From positions 1 through 64,000 of the forward strand of contig CAVRCJ010000005.1 of the NCBI GenBank assembly GCA_963719515.1: a DNA stretch of 64,000 nt, in the 5' to 3' direction. This stretch comes from an uncultured cyanobacterium. GTDB lineage: Bacteria; Cyanobacteriota; Cyanobacteriia; CAKZMO01. Every line of letters begins with the position of its first letter. Position 1 is the stretch's first letter. The notes under the pieces are model-generated. The model searched no databases and had not been told where the DNA came from. It saw only the letters and a program-made list of their open reading frames with translations. Both the position numbers and the translations under genes were made by a program. Of the stretch, positions 51,532-62,020 are shown one piece after another.

Positions 51532-52356
51532 CTACAGAATTTTTTCCAAGCCGTAGACCAGCGACTTAAGCGCGCAGACCTTGCGGATAGCCAGCAGCAC
51601 CCCCGGCATGTAGCAGGCGCGATCGCTGGTGTCGTGGCGCAGGGTATAGAGCTGCCCCGGCGCGCCGAAGAGGATTTCCTGGTGGGCCAGCAGCCCCGGC
51701 AGGCGGACGCTGTGGATGCGGATATTCTCATCGGCCAGGCCGCCGCGAGCGCCCGTCAGCTTCTCTGTCTCATCGACCTGCGAGGGGTTATAAGACTTTC
51801 CTGTCTCCGCCAGCATCTGCGCCGTCTTAATCGCCGTGCCGCTGGGGGCATCCGCCTTTTGGTTGTGGTGTAGCTCAATGATTTCCACATGGTCAAAATA
51901 CTGCGAGGCCCGCTGCGCCGCCTCCTGCATCAGCACCACGCCAATAGAAAAGTTAGGAACGATCAGGCAGCCGGTGCTGGCCTTATCGGCAAACTGAGAT
52001 AGCTCATTGATTTGCTCCGCCGATAGTCCCGTGGTGCCCACAACGGGGCGCACCCCGTAAGCGATCGCCGCCCGCACGTTCTCGTACACCGCATCGGGAT
52101 GGGTAAAGTCGACCACTACCCCCTGAATTTTTTCTTGGGTGGCCGAGGCCAGGGTCGCCTCCATGTCAGCCAAAAGCGGAATCTCCAGAGGGCCACAGCC
52201 CGCCACTTCCCCCACATCCTGCCCCTGCAGCTCGCGGCGGCGGCTGATGGCCCCAACGAGCTGCATATCCTCCGCCTGCGCCACCGCCTTGACGGCCTCG
52301 CGGCCCATTTTTCCGGTGGCTCCATTGATGACGACGGGAATTTTGTCTTGGCTCAC
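51532..52356 (-). CDS. dapB: 4-hydroxy-tetrahydrodipicolinate reductase
   Basis: [30 protein letters not shown]. Confidence 0.97.
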   Translation of the reverse strand: MSQDKIPVVINGATGKMGREAVKAVAQAEDMQLVGAISRRRELQGQDVGEVAGCGPLEIPLLADMEATLASATQEKIQGVVVDFTHPDAVYENVRAAIAYGVRPVVGTTGLSAEQINELSQFADKASTGCLIVPNFSIGVVLMQEAAQRASQYFDHVEIIELHHNQKADAPSGTAIKTAQMLAETGKSYNPSQVDETEKLTGARGGLADENIRIHSVRLPGLLAHQEILFGAPGQLYTLRHDTSDRACYMPGVLLAIRKVCALKSLVYGLEKIL

Positions 52357-52446
52357 GCTGCCTGGTCCATTGCTACAAAGGTCACCATAAGGCAGTCTAC
52401 CAAGCTTGGCCCGGTCTGGTGCGTTCTGCAGTATCGCTTTGTAGCC

Positions 52447-53136
52447 CTAGCGCTCCCGAGAAATCACCAGCAGCTGCAGCAGCTGTAGCGCCGCGTAGAC
52501 CGCCGTAGCAACGTAGGTCCAGGCAGCGGCCTGTAGAACCTGAGCAGCGGCGTCGCGCTCCTGGGCGCTCAGCCGCAGCTGATCCATCAACCGCAGCGCC
52601 CGGCGGGAAGCGTCGAACTCTACGGGGAGCGTAGCGAGGTGGAACCCCAGTGCAGCCGCGAATAAAACTAACCCCACTTGAATCAGTCCGTTCGCAAAAC
52701 TACCCGTAGCGCTGAACAGGATACCCACCAAAATCAGCATGGGGCCGAGCTGAGAGCCGATATTAACTGCCGGTAGAAGCGCAGACCGCAGGGACATAAA
52801 TCGGTAGCGCTGTCGGTCCTGCAGGGCGTGGCCGCATTCATGAGCCGCGATCGCCGTGGCGGCAAGGGAGGTGGAGCTATAGGTGGAGCGGGAGAGCCGC
52901 ACTGCTTTAGCGACGGGGTCATAGTGATCACTGAGTTCCCCCATCACCATCTCGACCTTGATTTTTCCTAACCCCAGATTGAGTAGAAGCATGTGAGCGA
53001 CCTCTGCCCCTGTCATATCTAGGGATGAGGCAACGTTTGCGTAGGTGCGATAGGTGCGCTTGATCTGACGCTGGGACCACAGCATCAGCGCAAGACCCGG
53101 AATCAAAATGGCGTAGGACCAGTGAAGGATTGGCAT
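52447..53136 (-). CDS. Membrane neutral zinc metallopeptidase
   Basis: LSDHYDP, AAHECGHALQ, TLPVEFDASRRA, AAAWTYVA. Confidence 0.9.
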   Translation of the reverse strand: MPILHWSYAILIPGLALMLWSQRQIKRTYRTYANVASSLDMTGAEVAHMLLLNLGLGKIKVEMVMGELSDHYDPVAKAVRLSRSTYSSTSLAATAIAAHECGHALQDRQRYRFMSLRSALLPAVNIGSQLGPMLILVGILFSATGSFANGLIQVGLVLFAAALGFHLATLPVEFDASRRALRLMDQLRLSAQERDAAAQVLQAAAWTYVATAVYAALQLLQLLVISRER

Positions 53137-53549
53137 AGCGTTGATGCAATTGATAAGCTCTATTGGGGGTATTGAGAGGGAGCCAGAGGGCTTCTGAGTC
53201 CGACTGCGGGATCAGGCTACCAGCGGGACGGTAGCCAGAATCCAGCTGCATGGTCATGCTTATGTCTTCACGAGCCGTCACCGACACCCGCTGGAACCCG
53301 AGCAAAATTGTTAATTGTTGCAACAAGAGTTATCGCGGCACCCAAAACCTAAGGAAAAATTAAAGCTTAGCTTCGGACAGTGCTTCGGACAGTCGGTCCT
53401 CCCCTCGCTATCCGCTAGGATAGGTGTCGAGGTCAGCGTCAGCAAGTTGACGACACCCCTCCGATAGGCAACGGGTGCTGCGGTCGGCAGGTCATTGGCT
53501 AGTCCCAGGCAGTGTCTGTGTCTGATCTATCAACAAGGAGATTTGGTCT

Positions 53550-53804
53550 ATGATGAATCTTATTTTTCTCGCCGACGTTCCGCCCCCCACCCCGTCGTGG
53601 AACTTGAGCATCGCGGCGGTGATGATTATCTGCAACGTGCTTGCCTTCGCGCTAGGTCGACTAACGATCGCCAAACCCGACGTTGGGCCGCTGTCTCCAG
53701 TTTTCCTGGGAATGGGTCTTCCGGCTTTGCTAGCCGTAACTAGCTTCGGCCATATCATAGGTACCGGCGTTATTTTAGGTCTGACAAACATCGGCGTTTT
53801 GTAG
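53550..53804 (+). CDS. psaK: Photosystem I subunit PsaK
   Basis: WNLSIAAVMIICNVLA...LLAVTSFGHIIGTGVILGLTNIG. Confidence 0.93.
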   Translation: MMNLIFLADVPPPTPSWNLSIAAVMIICNVLAFALGRLTIAKPDVGPLSPVFLGMGLPALLAVTSFGHIIGTGVILGLTNIGVL

Positions 53805-53864
53805 ACGTCGAAAGGTTGTAGGCGTCAAAACCGCTCTACATTAGTGGGTCTTCAGTAGATTTTT

Positions 53865-53895
53865 GTTAGGGACAGGGCGGGGCTCTGTCCCTAAC
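53865..53895. repeat. REP-like hairpin or terminator
   Basis: GTTAGGGACAGGGC-GGG-GCTCTGTCCCTAAC. Confidence 0.65.
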
Positions 53896-53949
53896 CGCGT
53901 TTAGGGTTTTGGTGCGGTGCCCCCCAATCGACAGGTCAATTTTTTAGCA

Positions 53950-54780
53950 ATGCGTCTAGCGGCAAGGTTAGGAAGACTAGCGTCTTTCCGGCGCTTGGCG
54001 CTCTCTGCTGACGTTATAGCGCCGCTTCTGGTGGGCCTTTCGGCGATCGCCCTGTGGGAAGCGGCCGTCCGAGCCACGGGCATCCCCCCTTACCTCCTGC
54101 CGGGCCCACTGCTGGTGCTGAAAACGCTCGTTGAAGAGTGGGGAGCGCTGTTTCCGGCTCTGGTTGTAACGCTTCAAATCACCGTTACGGCGTTCGCGGC
54201 GGCGATAATATCGGGGCTGGCCATTGCCATCCTGTTTGCTCAAAGCAAATGGATTGAGCGCAGCTTTTTTCCCTACGCGGTAATTCTCCAGACAACGCCT
54301 ATTGTGGCGATCGCTCCCTTAATCATCATCTGGCTCAAGAACAGTACTTTTGCCGCGCTGGTTGTCTGCGCCTGGATTGTCGCGCTGTTCCCTATCGTTT
54401 CAAACACCACTTTGGGGCTCAACAGCACCGACCGCAATCTGGTAGATCTCTTCAAGCTTTACAACGCCTCTCGCTGGCAAATACTCATTCATCTCCGGCT
54501 CCCTAGCGCCATGCCCTATTTCCTGGGGGGCCTACGCATCAGCGGTGGACTGGCCCTTATTGGGGCAGTGGTGGCAGAGTTTGTGGCGGGAACCGGTGGG
54601 GCTCGATCAGGTCTGGCCTATCAAATTTTGATCTCCAGCTACAACCTCCAAATTCCCCGCATGTTTGCCGCACTGCTGCTGATTGCGGTTATGGGAATTA
54701 GCATCTTTGTCATGACGACATTACTTTCTAATTTTTATTTGCGACGCTGGCATGAAAGTGCAGTAAGCAGAGATTTGTAG
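53950..54780 (+). CDS. NitT/TauT-family ABC permease
   Basis: QTTPIVAIAPL, LRLPSAMPYF, GAVVAEF. Confidence 0.88.
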   Translation: MRLAARLGRLASFRRLALSADVIAPLLVGLSAIALWEAAVRATGIPPYLLPGPLLVLKTLVEEWGALFPALVVTLQITVTAFAAAIISGLAIAILFAQSKWIERSFFPYAVILQTTPIVAIAPLIIIWLKNSTFAALVVCAWIVALFPIVSNTTLGLNSTDRNLVDLFKLYNASRWQILIHLRLPSAMPYFLGGLRISGGLALIGAVVAEFVAGTGGARSGLAYQILISSYNLQIPRMFAALLLIAVMGISIFVMTTLLSNFYLRRWHESAVSRDL

Positions 54781-54833
54781 CAGGGCATTGTGGGCTATGC
54801 TCATCCTACCTGTTGATAAAATCCCTGTTTTCG

Positions 54834-56216
54834 ATGATCCCTAATACTGAGCACTATTGGCTTAAGCAGGCCCACGTGCCCGCTTGTCTGCTAGATGTTG
54901 ATGTCTCTATTCCCACCACGAATGACCCACGAGCGACTCTGCTGGGAGACGCTTTAGCGCTTGTCGATTTAGAAATTCGCGGCGGCGAAATCGCTCAGAT
55001 TGTCCCGGCTGGACAGAGCGAATCGGAAGAATTTGCTGCTGTAGATTTGCAGCATAAGCAACTGTGGCCCTGCTTCGTGGATATGCATACCCACTTAGAT
55101 AAAGGCCATACCTGGGAGCGCTGCCCAAACCCAAACCGCACCTTCGATGCTGCTCTCAAGGCCGTAGCTGAAGATGCCAAAAAGCACTGGAATTCGGAAG
55201 ATTTGTACCGCCGTATGGCGTTTGGGCTTAAATGCAGCTATGCCCACGGCACCCACGCCATTCGGACCCATATTGACGCACAAAATGGACAGGCTCGAAC
55301 CAGCCTGGGTGTGTTTAAGCAGCTTGCCAATGAGTGGAGCGATCGCCTCACGCTGCAGGCGGCCTGCTTAGTTCCCTTAGCGTACTTTTTCACCTCTGAG
55401 GGAGAAGCCTTGGCCGACCAGATGGCGGAGACGCCGGGAGGCATTTTAGGCGGGGTTTCTTTTCCCAACCCTGACCTAGACCAACAGCTAGACCGTGTCT
55501 TTGACTTGGCTAAAGAGCGGCGGCTGGCGCTAGATTTTCATACCGACGAGAGCGGCGACCCCACCCACCGTAGCCTGCGACAAATCGGCGAAGCGGCCCA
55601 GCGCCACCAGTTTGACGGCCCTATCACCTGCGGCCACTGCTGCAGCTTAGCGGTGCAGTCTCCAGATGAGGTTGCTCAGACTATCGATGCGGTTAAGGCT
55701 GCTCAAATTGGCGTGGTGAGTTTGCCTCTGTGTAACCTGTACCTGCAGGATCGAAAGCAGCAGGCGTCTGGAACCTTTCGCCAAACCGCCACCCCTTCTC
55801 AGAAAACGCTTAAAACCGGCCTGACCCCACGCTGGCGGGGCGTGACGCTGCTGCACGAGCTCAAGGAAGCCGGGGTACCTGTGGCGATCGCCAGCGATAA
55901 CTGCCGCGACCCCTTTCACGGCTTTGGGGACCACGATGGGCTGGAGGTGTTCAACTGGTCGGTGCGCATTGGCCATTTGGATAATCCCTATGGGGATTGG
56001 CCCCGCACCATTACGACGACACCCGCCGACTTGATGGGGCTGCCTCAGTGCGGGCGCATCGCCGTCGGCGCTCCGGCAGATTTCATCATTTTTAAGGCCC
56101 GTACCTTCAGCGAGCTGCTGCCTCGCCCTCAGGGCGATCGGGTGGTGGTGCGCAGTGGGAAGGCGATCGATACGACGCTGCCGGACTACGCGGAGCTAGA
56201 TGACTTGATGGGGTGA
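54834..56216 (+). CDS. codA: Cytosine deaminase family amidohydrolase
   Basis: DMHTHLDK, IRTHID, FHTDE, GHCCSL, SDNCRDPF. Confidence 0.88.
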   Translation: MIPNTEHYWLKQAHVPACLLDVDVSIPTTNDPRATLLGDALALVDLEIRGGEIAQIVPAGQSESEEFAAVDLQHKQLWPCFVDMHTHLDKGHTWERCPNPNRTFDAALKAVAEDAKKHWNSEDLYRRMAFGLKCSYAHGTHAIRTHIDAQNGQARTSLGVFKQLANEWSDRLTLQAACLVPLAYFFTSEGEALADQMAETPGGILGGVSFPNPDLDQQLDRVFDLAKERRLALDFHTDESGDPTHRSLRQIGEAAQRHQFDGPITCGHCCSLAVQSPDEVAQTIDAVKAAQIGVVSLPLCNLYLQDRKQQASGTFRQTATPSQKTLKTGLTPRWRGVTLLHELKEAGVPVAIASDNCRDPFHGFGDHDGLEVFNWSVRIGHLDNPYGDWPRTITTTPADLMGLPQCGRIAVGAPADFIIFKARTFSELLPRPQGDRVVVRSGKAIDTTLPDYAELDDLMG

Positions 56217-56236
56217 GCCATGGGGGTGGGCTATAA

Positions 56237-56632
56237 GTGACATCCTCCCGACGCTGACAGCAAGCTGTACAGCGCGGGCTTCCTCAGTGACTCCCAGCTA
56301 TTGCCGAGACATATCCTGAGATAGGTTTATACTCCGCCTGATGCCCCACGGCAGAGTTTTGAATTTTCATCTCCGCGAGGGAGGATACGCACTATGTGTC
56401 GCAGATACATTTGCAAACTGAGGAACGGGTGACTTGCAGCTTTCGCCTACGGGTCCGTCACACTCTTTGCGGGGTGTATCACCTTGCTATCTCTATCATA
56501 CCAACTGCTAGCCTCAGCGCTGAGCGCACTATCCGCTGTGCATCATTTTGCGGGCGCACTTCGGCTAGCGCGACTCTCATCCCGACGCTCACCCTGACGG
56601 GTAGAGCGCGGGGCTTCCTGTCTAGTAGCTAA
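56237..56632 (-). mobile_element. 396-bp non-autonomous IS605-derived element, copy 2
   Basis: Reverse complement of 23083-23478 with about 4 mismatches; different flanks. Confidence 0.88.
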
Positions 56633-56674
56633 GCTATCGCCGGCAAATATTGCGCGACTTCCGGCGCTGAGGAC

Positions 56675-57343
56675 ATGGAAAAGATCAGGCTATTTCTGGC
56701 TTCCTCGTCTGAATTAAAGGGCGATCGGGAGCAGTTCGAAATTTTTATCTACCGCAAGTGCAAGACCTGGTTTGACCGGGGCCTCTTTTTGCATTTGGAG
56801 ATATGGGAAGACTTTTTGGATGCAATGGCCCCTGGGGGTCTGCAGAGCGCCTATAACCGAGCGATCGCGGAGTGCGATCTGTTTGTGATGCTGGCCCACA
56901 ACAAGGTGGGCCTCTACACGGCGGAGGAATTTGGGCAAGCGTTCGGCCAGTTTACCGAGACGCAGAAGCCGTTTATTTTCACCTATTTCAAGACGCCGCA
57001 TGCGACTACGAGCCGGGAGGACCTGCAGAGCCTGTGGGCGTTTGAGGATAAGCTGAAGGCGCTGAAGCACTACAAGACGGAGTACCGAAATATCGAGGGG
57101 CTACGGGAGCATTTTGGCAATCAGCTGGAGAAGCTGGCGGCGAATGGGTTTGTGCGAGTAGCGCCGGAGGCCGGGGCGTCTCCGGATGGGGAGCGTCGCG
57201 CGGGGAATACCGTTACGGTGACGGGGGATGGAAATGTGGTGGGAGACGGGAATAAGGTGTATCGAGGGGTGAGTAATAGCACGATTACGGACAGCTCGAA
57301 GACGTACAACATCGACAAGATTGATAGTGCGCGGTTTGAATGA
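56675..57343 (+). CDS. DUF4062/TIR-like domain protein with a C-terminal Gly/Asn/Thr-rich putative amyloid motif
   Basis: IRLFLASSSELKGDRE, AIAECDLFVML, VGLYTAEEF, IFTYFK; tail GNTVTVTGDGNVVGDGNK...KTYNIDKIDSARFE. Confidence 0.75.
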   Translation: MEKIRLFLASSSELKGDREQFEIFIYRKCKTWFDRGLFLHLEIWEDFLDAMAPGGLQSAYNRAIAECDLFVMLAHNKVGLYTAEEFGQAFGQFTETQKPFIFTYFKTPHATTSREDLQSLWAFEDKLKALKHYKTEYRNIEGLREHFGNQLEKLAANGFVRVAPEAGASPDGERRAGNTVTVTGDGNVVGDGNKVYRGVSNSTITDSSKTYNIDKIDSARFE

Positions 57344-59289
57344 GAATGGGCGACAAAACCTACAACATCAATACCATTGAGAACGCCCAGTTCTTCAATC
57401 AGTCGCTGGACTACCAGGAGCTGACTCAGCGGATTGAAGAAAAGCAAGAGCTGGTGGAGTATTACCAAGCCACCAGCAAAACCGATCGCGCAATCAAGGC
57501 CGGGGCCGAGCTAGAAGCCCTAGAGCAGCAGCTAGACCAGCTAAAGGAAAACGTGCTGCGGCTGTACGAGACCTTTACCAAAATCGACATCAGCACCGAG
57601 CGGCTGGCCCAGGCGAAGGCTCACTTTGAGCAAGGGGAGTTTCGGGAGGCGGACGCCGTCTTGAATGCGGCGGAAATGGGCCAGGACCTAGAGCGGCTGA
57701 TGGAGCGGGAGACGCAGCTCGACCAGGAGAAGGCAGAGCTTGCTCAAAGCCGCAGCCAAATTGCCGATGAGTTTTTAATTAAGGCGCGGCTGTGGGCCAC
57801 TTTTTATGAGCAGGCGGACTGGTTTGAGCGGGCCTGCGAGTTTTTTGAGGCGGCGCTGCGGGCAGCGCGGGCAGTGGAGGCGCTGTTTGAATATGCGCTG
57901 TTTCTACGAAATCACAATAGCTTTGACCAAGCGAAAGCGCTGTATAACGAGGCATTGCAGATATACCGAGCGCTAGCCGAGGAGAACCCGCGCATCTACC
58001 TGCCCTATGTGGCTGGGACGCTGAACAATTTGGCGAATTTGCAATCGGCCCAAAATCAGCTAAGCGTGGCTGAGGCCAGCTACAGCGAGGCATTGCAGAT
58101 TAGACGAGCGCTAGCCGAGGAGAATCCCCGCATCTACCTGCCCTATGTCGCTACGACGCTGAACAATTTGGCGATTTTGCAATCGGCCCAAAATCAGTTG
58201 AGCGTGGCTGAGGCCAGCTACAGCGAGGCATTGCAGATTAGACGATCGCTAGCCGAGGAGAACCCCCGCACCTACCTGCCCGACGTCGCCATGACGCTGA
58301 ACAATTTGGCGATTTTGCAATCGGCCCAAAATCAGCTGAGCGTGGCTGAGGCCAGCTACAGCGAGGCATTGCAGATTAGACGATCGCTAGCCGAGGAGAA
58401 CCCCCGCACCTACCTGCCCGATGTCGCTATGACGCTGAACAATTTGGCGGTTTTGCAATCGGCCCAAAATCAGCTAAGCGTGGCTGAGGCCAGCTACAGC
58501 GAGGCATTGCAGATTAGACGATCGCTAGCCGAGGAGAACCCGCGCACCTACCTGCCCGACGTCGCCATGACGTTGAACAATTTGGCGACTTTGCAATCGG
58601 CCCAAAATCAGTTGAGCGTGGCTGAAGCCAGCTACAACGAGGCATTGCAGATATACCGATCGCTAGCCGAGGAGAATCCGCGCACCTACCTGTCCTATGT
58701 AGCTGGGACGCTGAACAATTTGGCGGATTTGCAATCGGCCCAAAATCAGTTGAGCGTGGCTGAGGCCAGCTACAACGAGGCATTGCAGATATACCGAGCG
58801 CTAGCCGAGGAGAACCCGCGCACCTACCTGCCCGACGTCGCCATGACGCTGAACAATTTGGGGATTTTGCAAAAGGTCCAAAATCAGTTGAGCGTGGCTG
58901 AGGCCAGCTACAACGAGGCATTGCAGATTAGACGAGCGCTAGCCGAGGAGAACCCGCGCACCTACCTGCCCTATGTCGCTAGGACGCTGAACAATTTGGG
59001 GCTTTTGCAATCGGCTCAAAATCAGTTGAGCGTGGCTGAGGCCAGCTACAACGAGGCATTGCAGATTAGACGATCGCTAGCCGAGGAGAACCCCCGCACC
59101 TACCTGCCCGACGTCGCTATGACGCTGATCAGTTTGAGTCTTTTTTACCTGCAGGACATCCCCAACCGCGAAAAATCCACCGCTCTGGCGCAGGAAACGA
59201 TCGCCATCTGCCAGCAGTTCCCAGGCATCCCGACCGTAGAGCAATATGCCGCGACTCGCCCTCCAGGTCCTCCAGGCCCACGGCGCTGA
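57340..59289 (+). CDS. TPR-repeat protein with an N-terminal motif matching the upstream protein's tail
   Basis: ATGA overlap with the upstream stop; MGDKTYNINTIENAQFF; coiled coil; 46-aa TLNNLA-type TPR repeats. Confidence 0.88.
   Translation: MRMGDKTYNINTIENAQFFNQSLDYQELTQRIEEKQELVEYYQATSKTDRAIKAGAELEALEQQLDQLKENVLRLYETFTKIDISTERLAQAKAHFEQGEFREADAVLNAAEMGQDLERLMERETQLDQEKAELAQSRSQIADEFLIKARLWATFYEQADWFERACEFFEAALRAARAVEALFEYALFLRNHNSFDQAKALYNEALQIYRALAEENPRIYLPYVAGTLNNLANLQSAQNQLSVAEASYSEALQIRRALAEENPRIYLPYVATTLNNLAILQSAQNQLSVAEASYSEALQIRRSLAEENPRTYLPDVAMTLNNLAILQSAQNQLSVAEASYSEALQIRRSLAEENPRTYLPDVAMTLNNLAVLQSAQNQLSVAEASYSEALQIRRSLAEENPRTYLPDVAMTLNNLATLQSAQNQLSVAEASYNEALQIYRSLAEENPRTYLSYVAGTLNNLADLQSAQNQLSVAEASYNEALQIYRALAEENPRTYLPDVAMTLNNLGILQKVQNQLSVAEASYNEALQIRRALAEENPRTYLPYVARTLNNLGLLQSAQNQLSVAEASYNEALQIRRSLAEENPRTYLPDVAMTLISLSLFYLQDIPNREKSTALAQETIAICQQFPGIPTVEQYAATRPPGPPGPRR
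57943..59127 (+). repeat. Eight full plus one partial 138-bp near-identical tandem repeats (46-aa TPR units)
   Basis: Unit starts at 57943, 58081, 58219, 58357, 58495, 58633, 58771, 58909 and 59047. Confidence 0.95.
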
Positions 59290-59397
59290 CAGGCCAGCTC
59301 CGGACGGCTAGCCAAGGCTGTCCTCGCCAAAGTGGTCACGAAGCAAGAGCAAAGTCCTTGTCGCCCCCAATATTCAAAAAACGCGATCGCAAATCGC

Positions 59398-59602
59398 AAT
59401 GTGTCACATGCAAACTCAAATGTGTCACATGCAAATTTAAAGATCATCGCTGCACACTCAAAGATCACCGCTGCGCTTTGTAATGTGTCTCCTGCAAACT
59501 CAAATGTGTGCACATGCAAAGATTGCGCACTCAAAGATCATCGCTGCACACTCAACTGCAGACCCGCAACCCTCAATTGTCATCGGCCCGCCTTCAATTG
59601 TT
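59398..59602. repeat. Degenerate 21-bp tandem repeat array
   Basis: AATGTGTCACATGCAAACTCA-type and AAGATCATCGCTGCACACTCA-type units in a ~21-bp register. Confidence 0.75.
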
Positions 59603-59665
59603 AGGTCCACGCATCGAATTTGCGATCGCGCCAAGACTATCGCCCAACAAATTTCCCTAGTACGC

Positions 59666-59694
59666 TTGTCAGCGTCCCCAACCTCCGCTACAGT
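59666..59694 (+). promoter_or_regulatory. Putative sigma70-type promoter
   Basis: TTGTCA-N17-TACAGT upstream of a structured leader. Confidence 0.5.
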
Positions 59695-59915
59695 ACTTAG
59701 CCAGGGACGCAAAACGCGCCCTATCCTCATACGACGCCCAATACTTTAGCGCGCCCCCTGGAAGTGGAACCAACACAACCAGGGAGCTAGCCCCGAGCTG
59801 ACGACAGCAGCGCGGAGGCTGCCCTTGATTTTATCCTGTGGCAGCCACCTCGTTCTATGACGCAACGGGTGGCTGAACGATTTGGGCGTCTTCCTTCAAA
59901 CCACAGGAAACACCC

Positions 59916-60305
59916 ATGACTTATATTCTTTTTCCCCCCAGCGCGCTTGGGGCGGCACCGCTCGCTCTATCCGGCCACTTCAGCGAATTTATCGGCGGCG
60001 ACCCCCACACGGGCGATCGCGCTAGCGGAGGCGAAGCCTCTATGCGGCCCCTCGCCCCCAGTACGGGCGACCGGCTGGTCGTCCCTTACACAATTTCCGA
60101 ACCCAACTTCTACACCCTACAGCTCCTCGCTCTAGGACACCCGAACGCCGTCGACAACTGCCGCCTGCGGCTGCACAAGTTGGGCTACGCAGACCCCAAC
60201 GATTGGTCCGTGCCGCTGCCCATCATCCGCTCTACTGAGGTCGTGCGCGCCGCCCGCCCTGGCGACGTCATGCGCATCCTCACCAAGCGAATCCCGAAGC
60301 CGTAG
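59916..60305 (+). CDS. Cyanobacterial hypothetical protein
   Basis: RBS ACAGGA; C-terminal LHKLGYADPNDWSVPLP...GDVMRILTKR resembles a recurrent small cyanobacterial family. Confidence 0.7.
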   Translation: MTYILFPPSALGAAPLALSGHFSEFIGGDPHTGDRASGGEASMRPLAPSTGDRLVVPYTISEPNFYTLQLLALGHPNAVDNCRLRLHKLGYADPNDWSVPLPIIRSTEVVRAARPGDVMRILTKRIPKP

Positions 60306-60318
60306 ATTAGGCCGGGGC

Positions 60319-60491
60319 TTCCCTTTTCCCTAAGGAGAGTATATGTTCAGCGAGTGTGGAAAATCGCGCTACATCTCGACTTTACCCCCCTCAATCCCCC
60401 CTTGCTAAGGAGGGAAGCTAGGTTCTCCCCCTTAGCAAGGGGGAGCTAGAGGGGGTAATCCGAAACGCTAACGTACTTAGAGAGAAGGGAA
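60319..60491. repeat. Nested palindromic MITE/REP-like element
   Basis: Outer 16-bp imperfect IR (TTCCCTTTTCCCTAAG / CTTAGAGAGAAGGGAA); inner CCCCCTTGCTAAGG...CCTTAGCAAGGGGG hairpin. Confidence 0.7.
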
Positions 60492-60499
60492 CGAGTGAC

Positions 60500-62020
<1,521 letters not shown>

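Noticed and set aside
57290..57400. The two overlapping ORFs as one frameshifted pseudogene
   Set aside because: A clean ATGA stop/start overlap and a codon-diverged duplicate motif on each side of the junction fit two coupled genes better, although fusion in homologs is not excluded.
57943..59127. 138-bp repeats as a CRISPR array or a DGR variable region
   Set aside because: The repeats are contiguous in-frame coding units with no spacers and no cas genes. The variable codons could derive from AAT/AAG, but there is no reverse transcriptase or separate template repeat in the window, and diversifying selection explains the pattern.
59145..59749. Cys-rich ORFs over the 21-bp array, and the many antisense ORFs in the track
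   Set aside because: Open frames here are by-products of repeats and GC-rich codon bias opposite well-supported genes.
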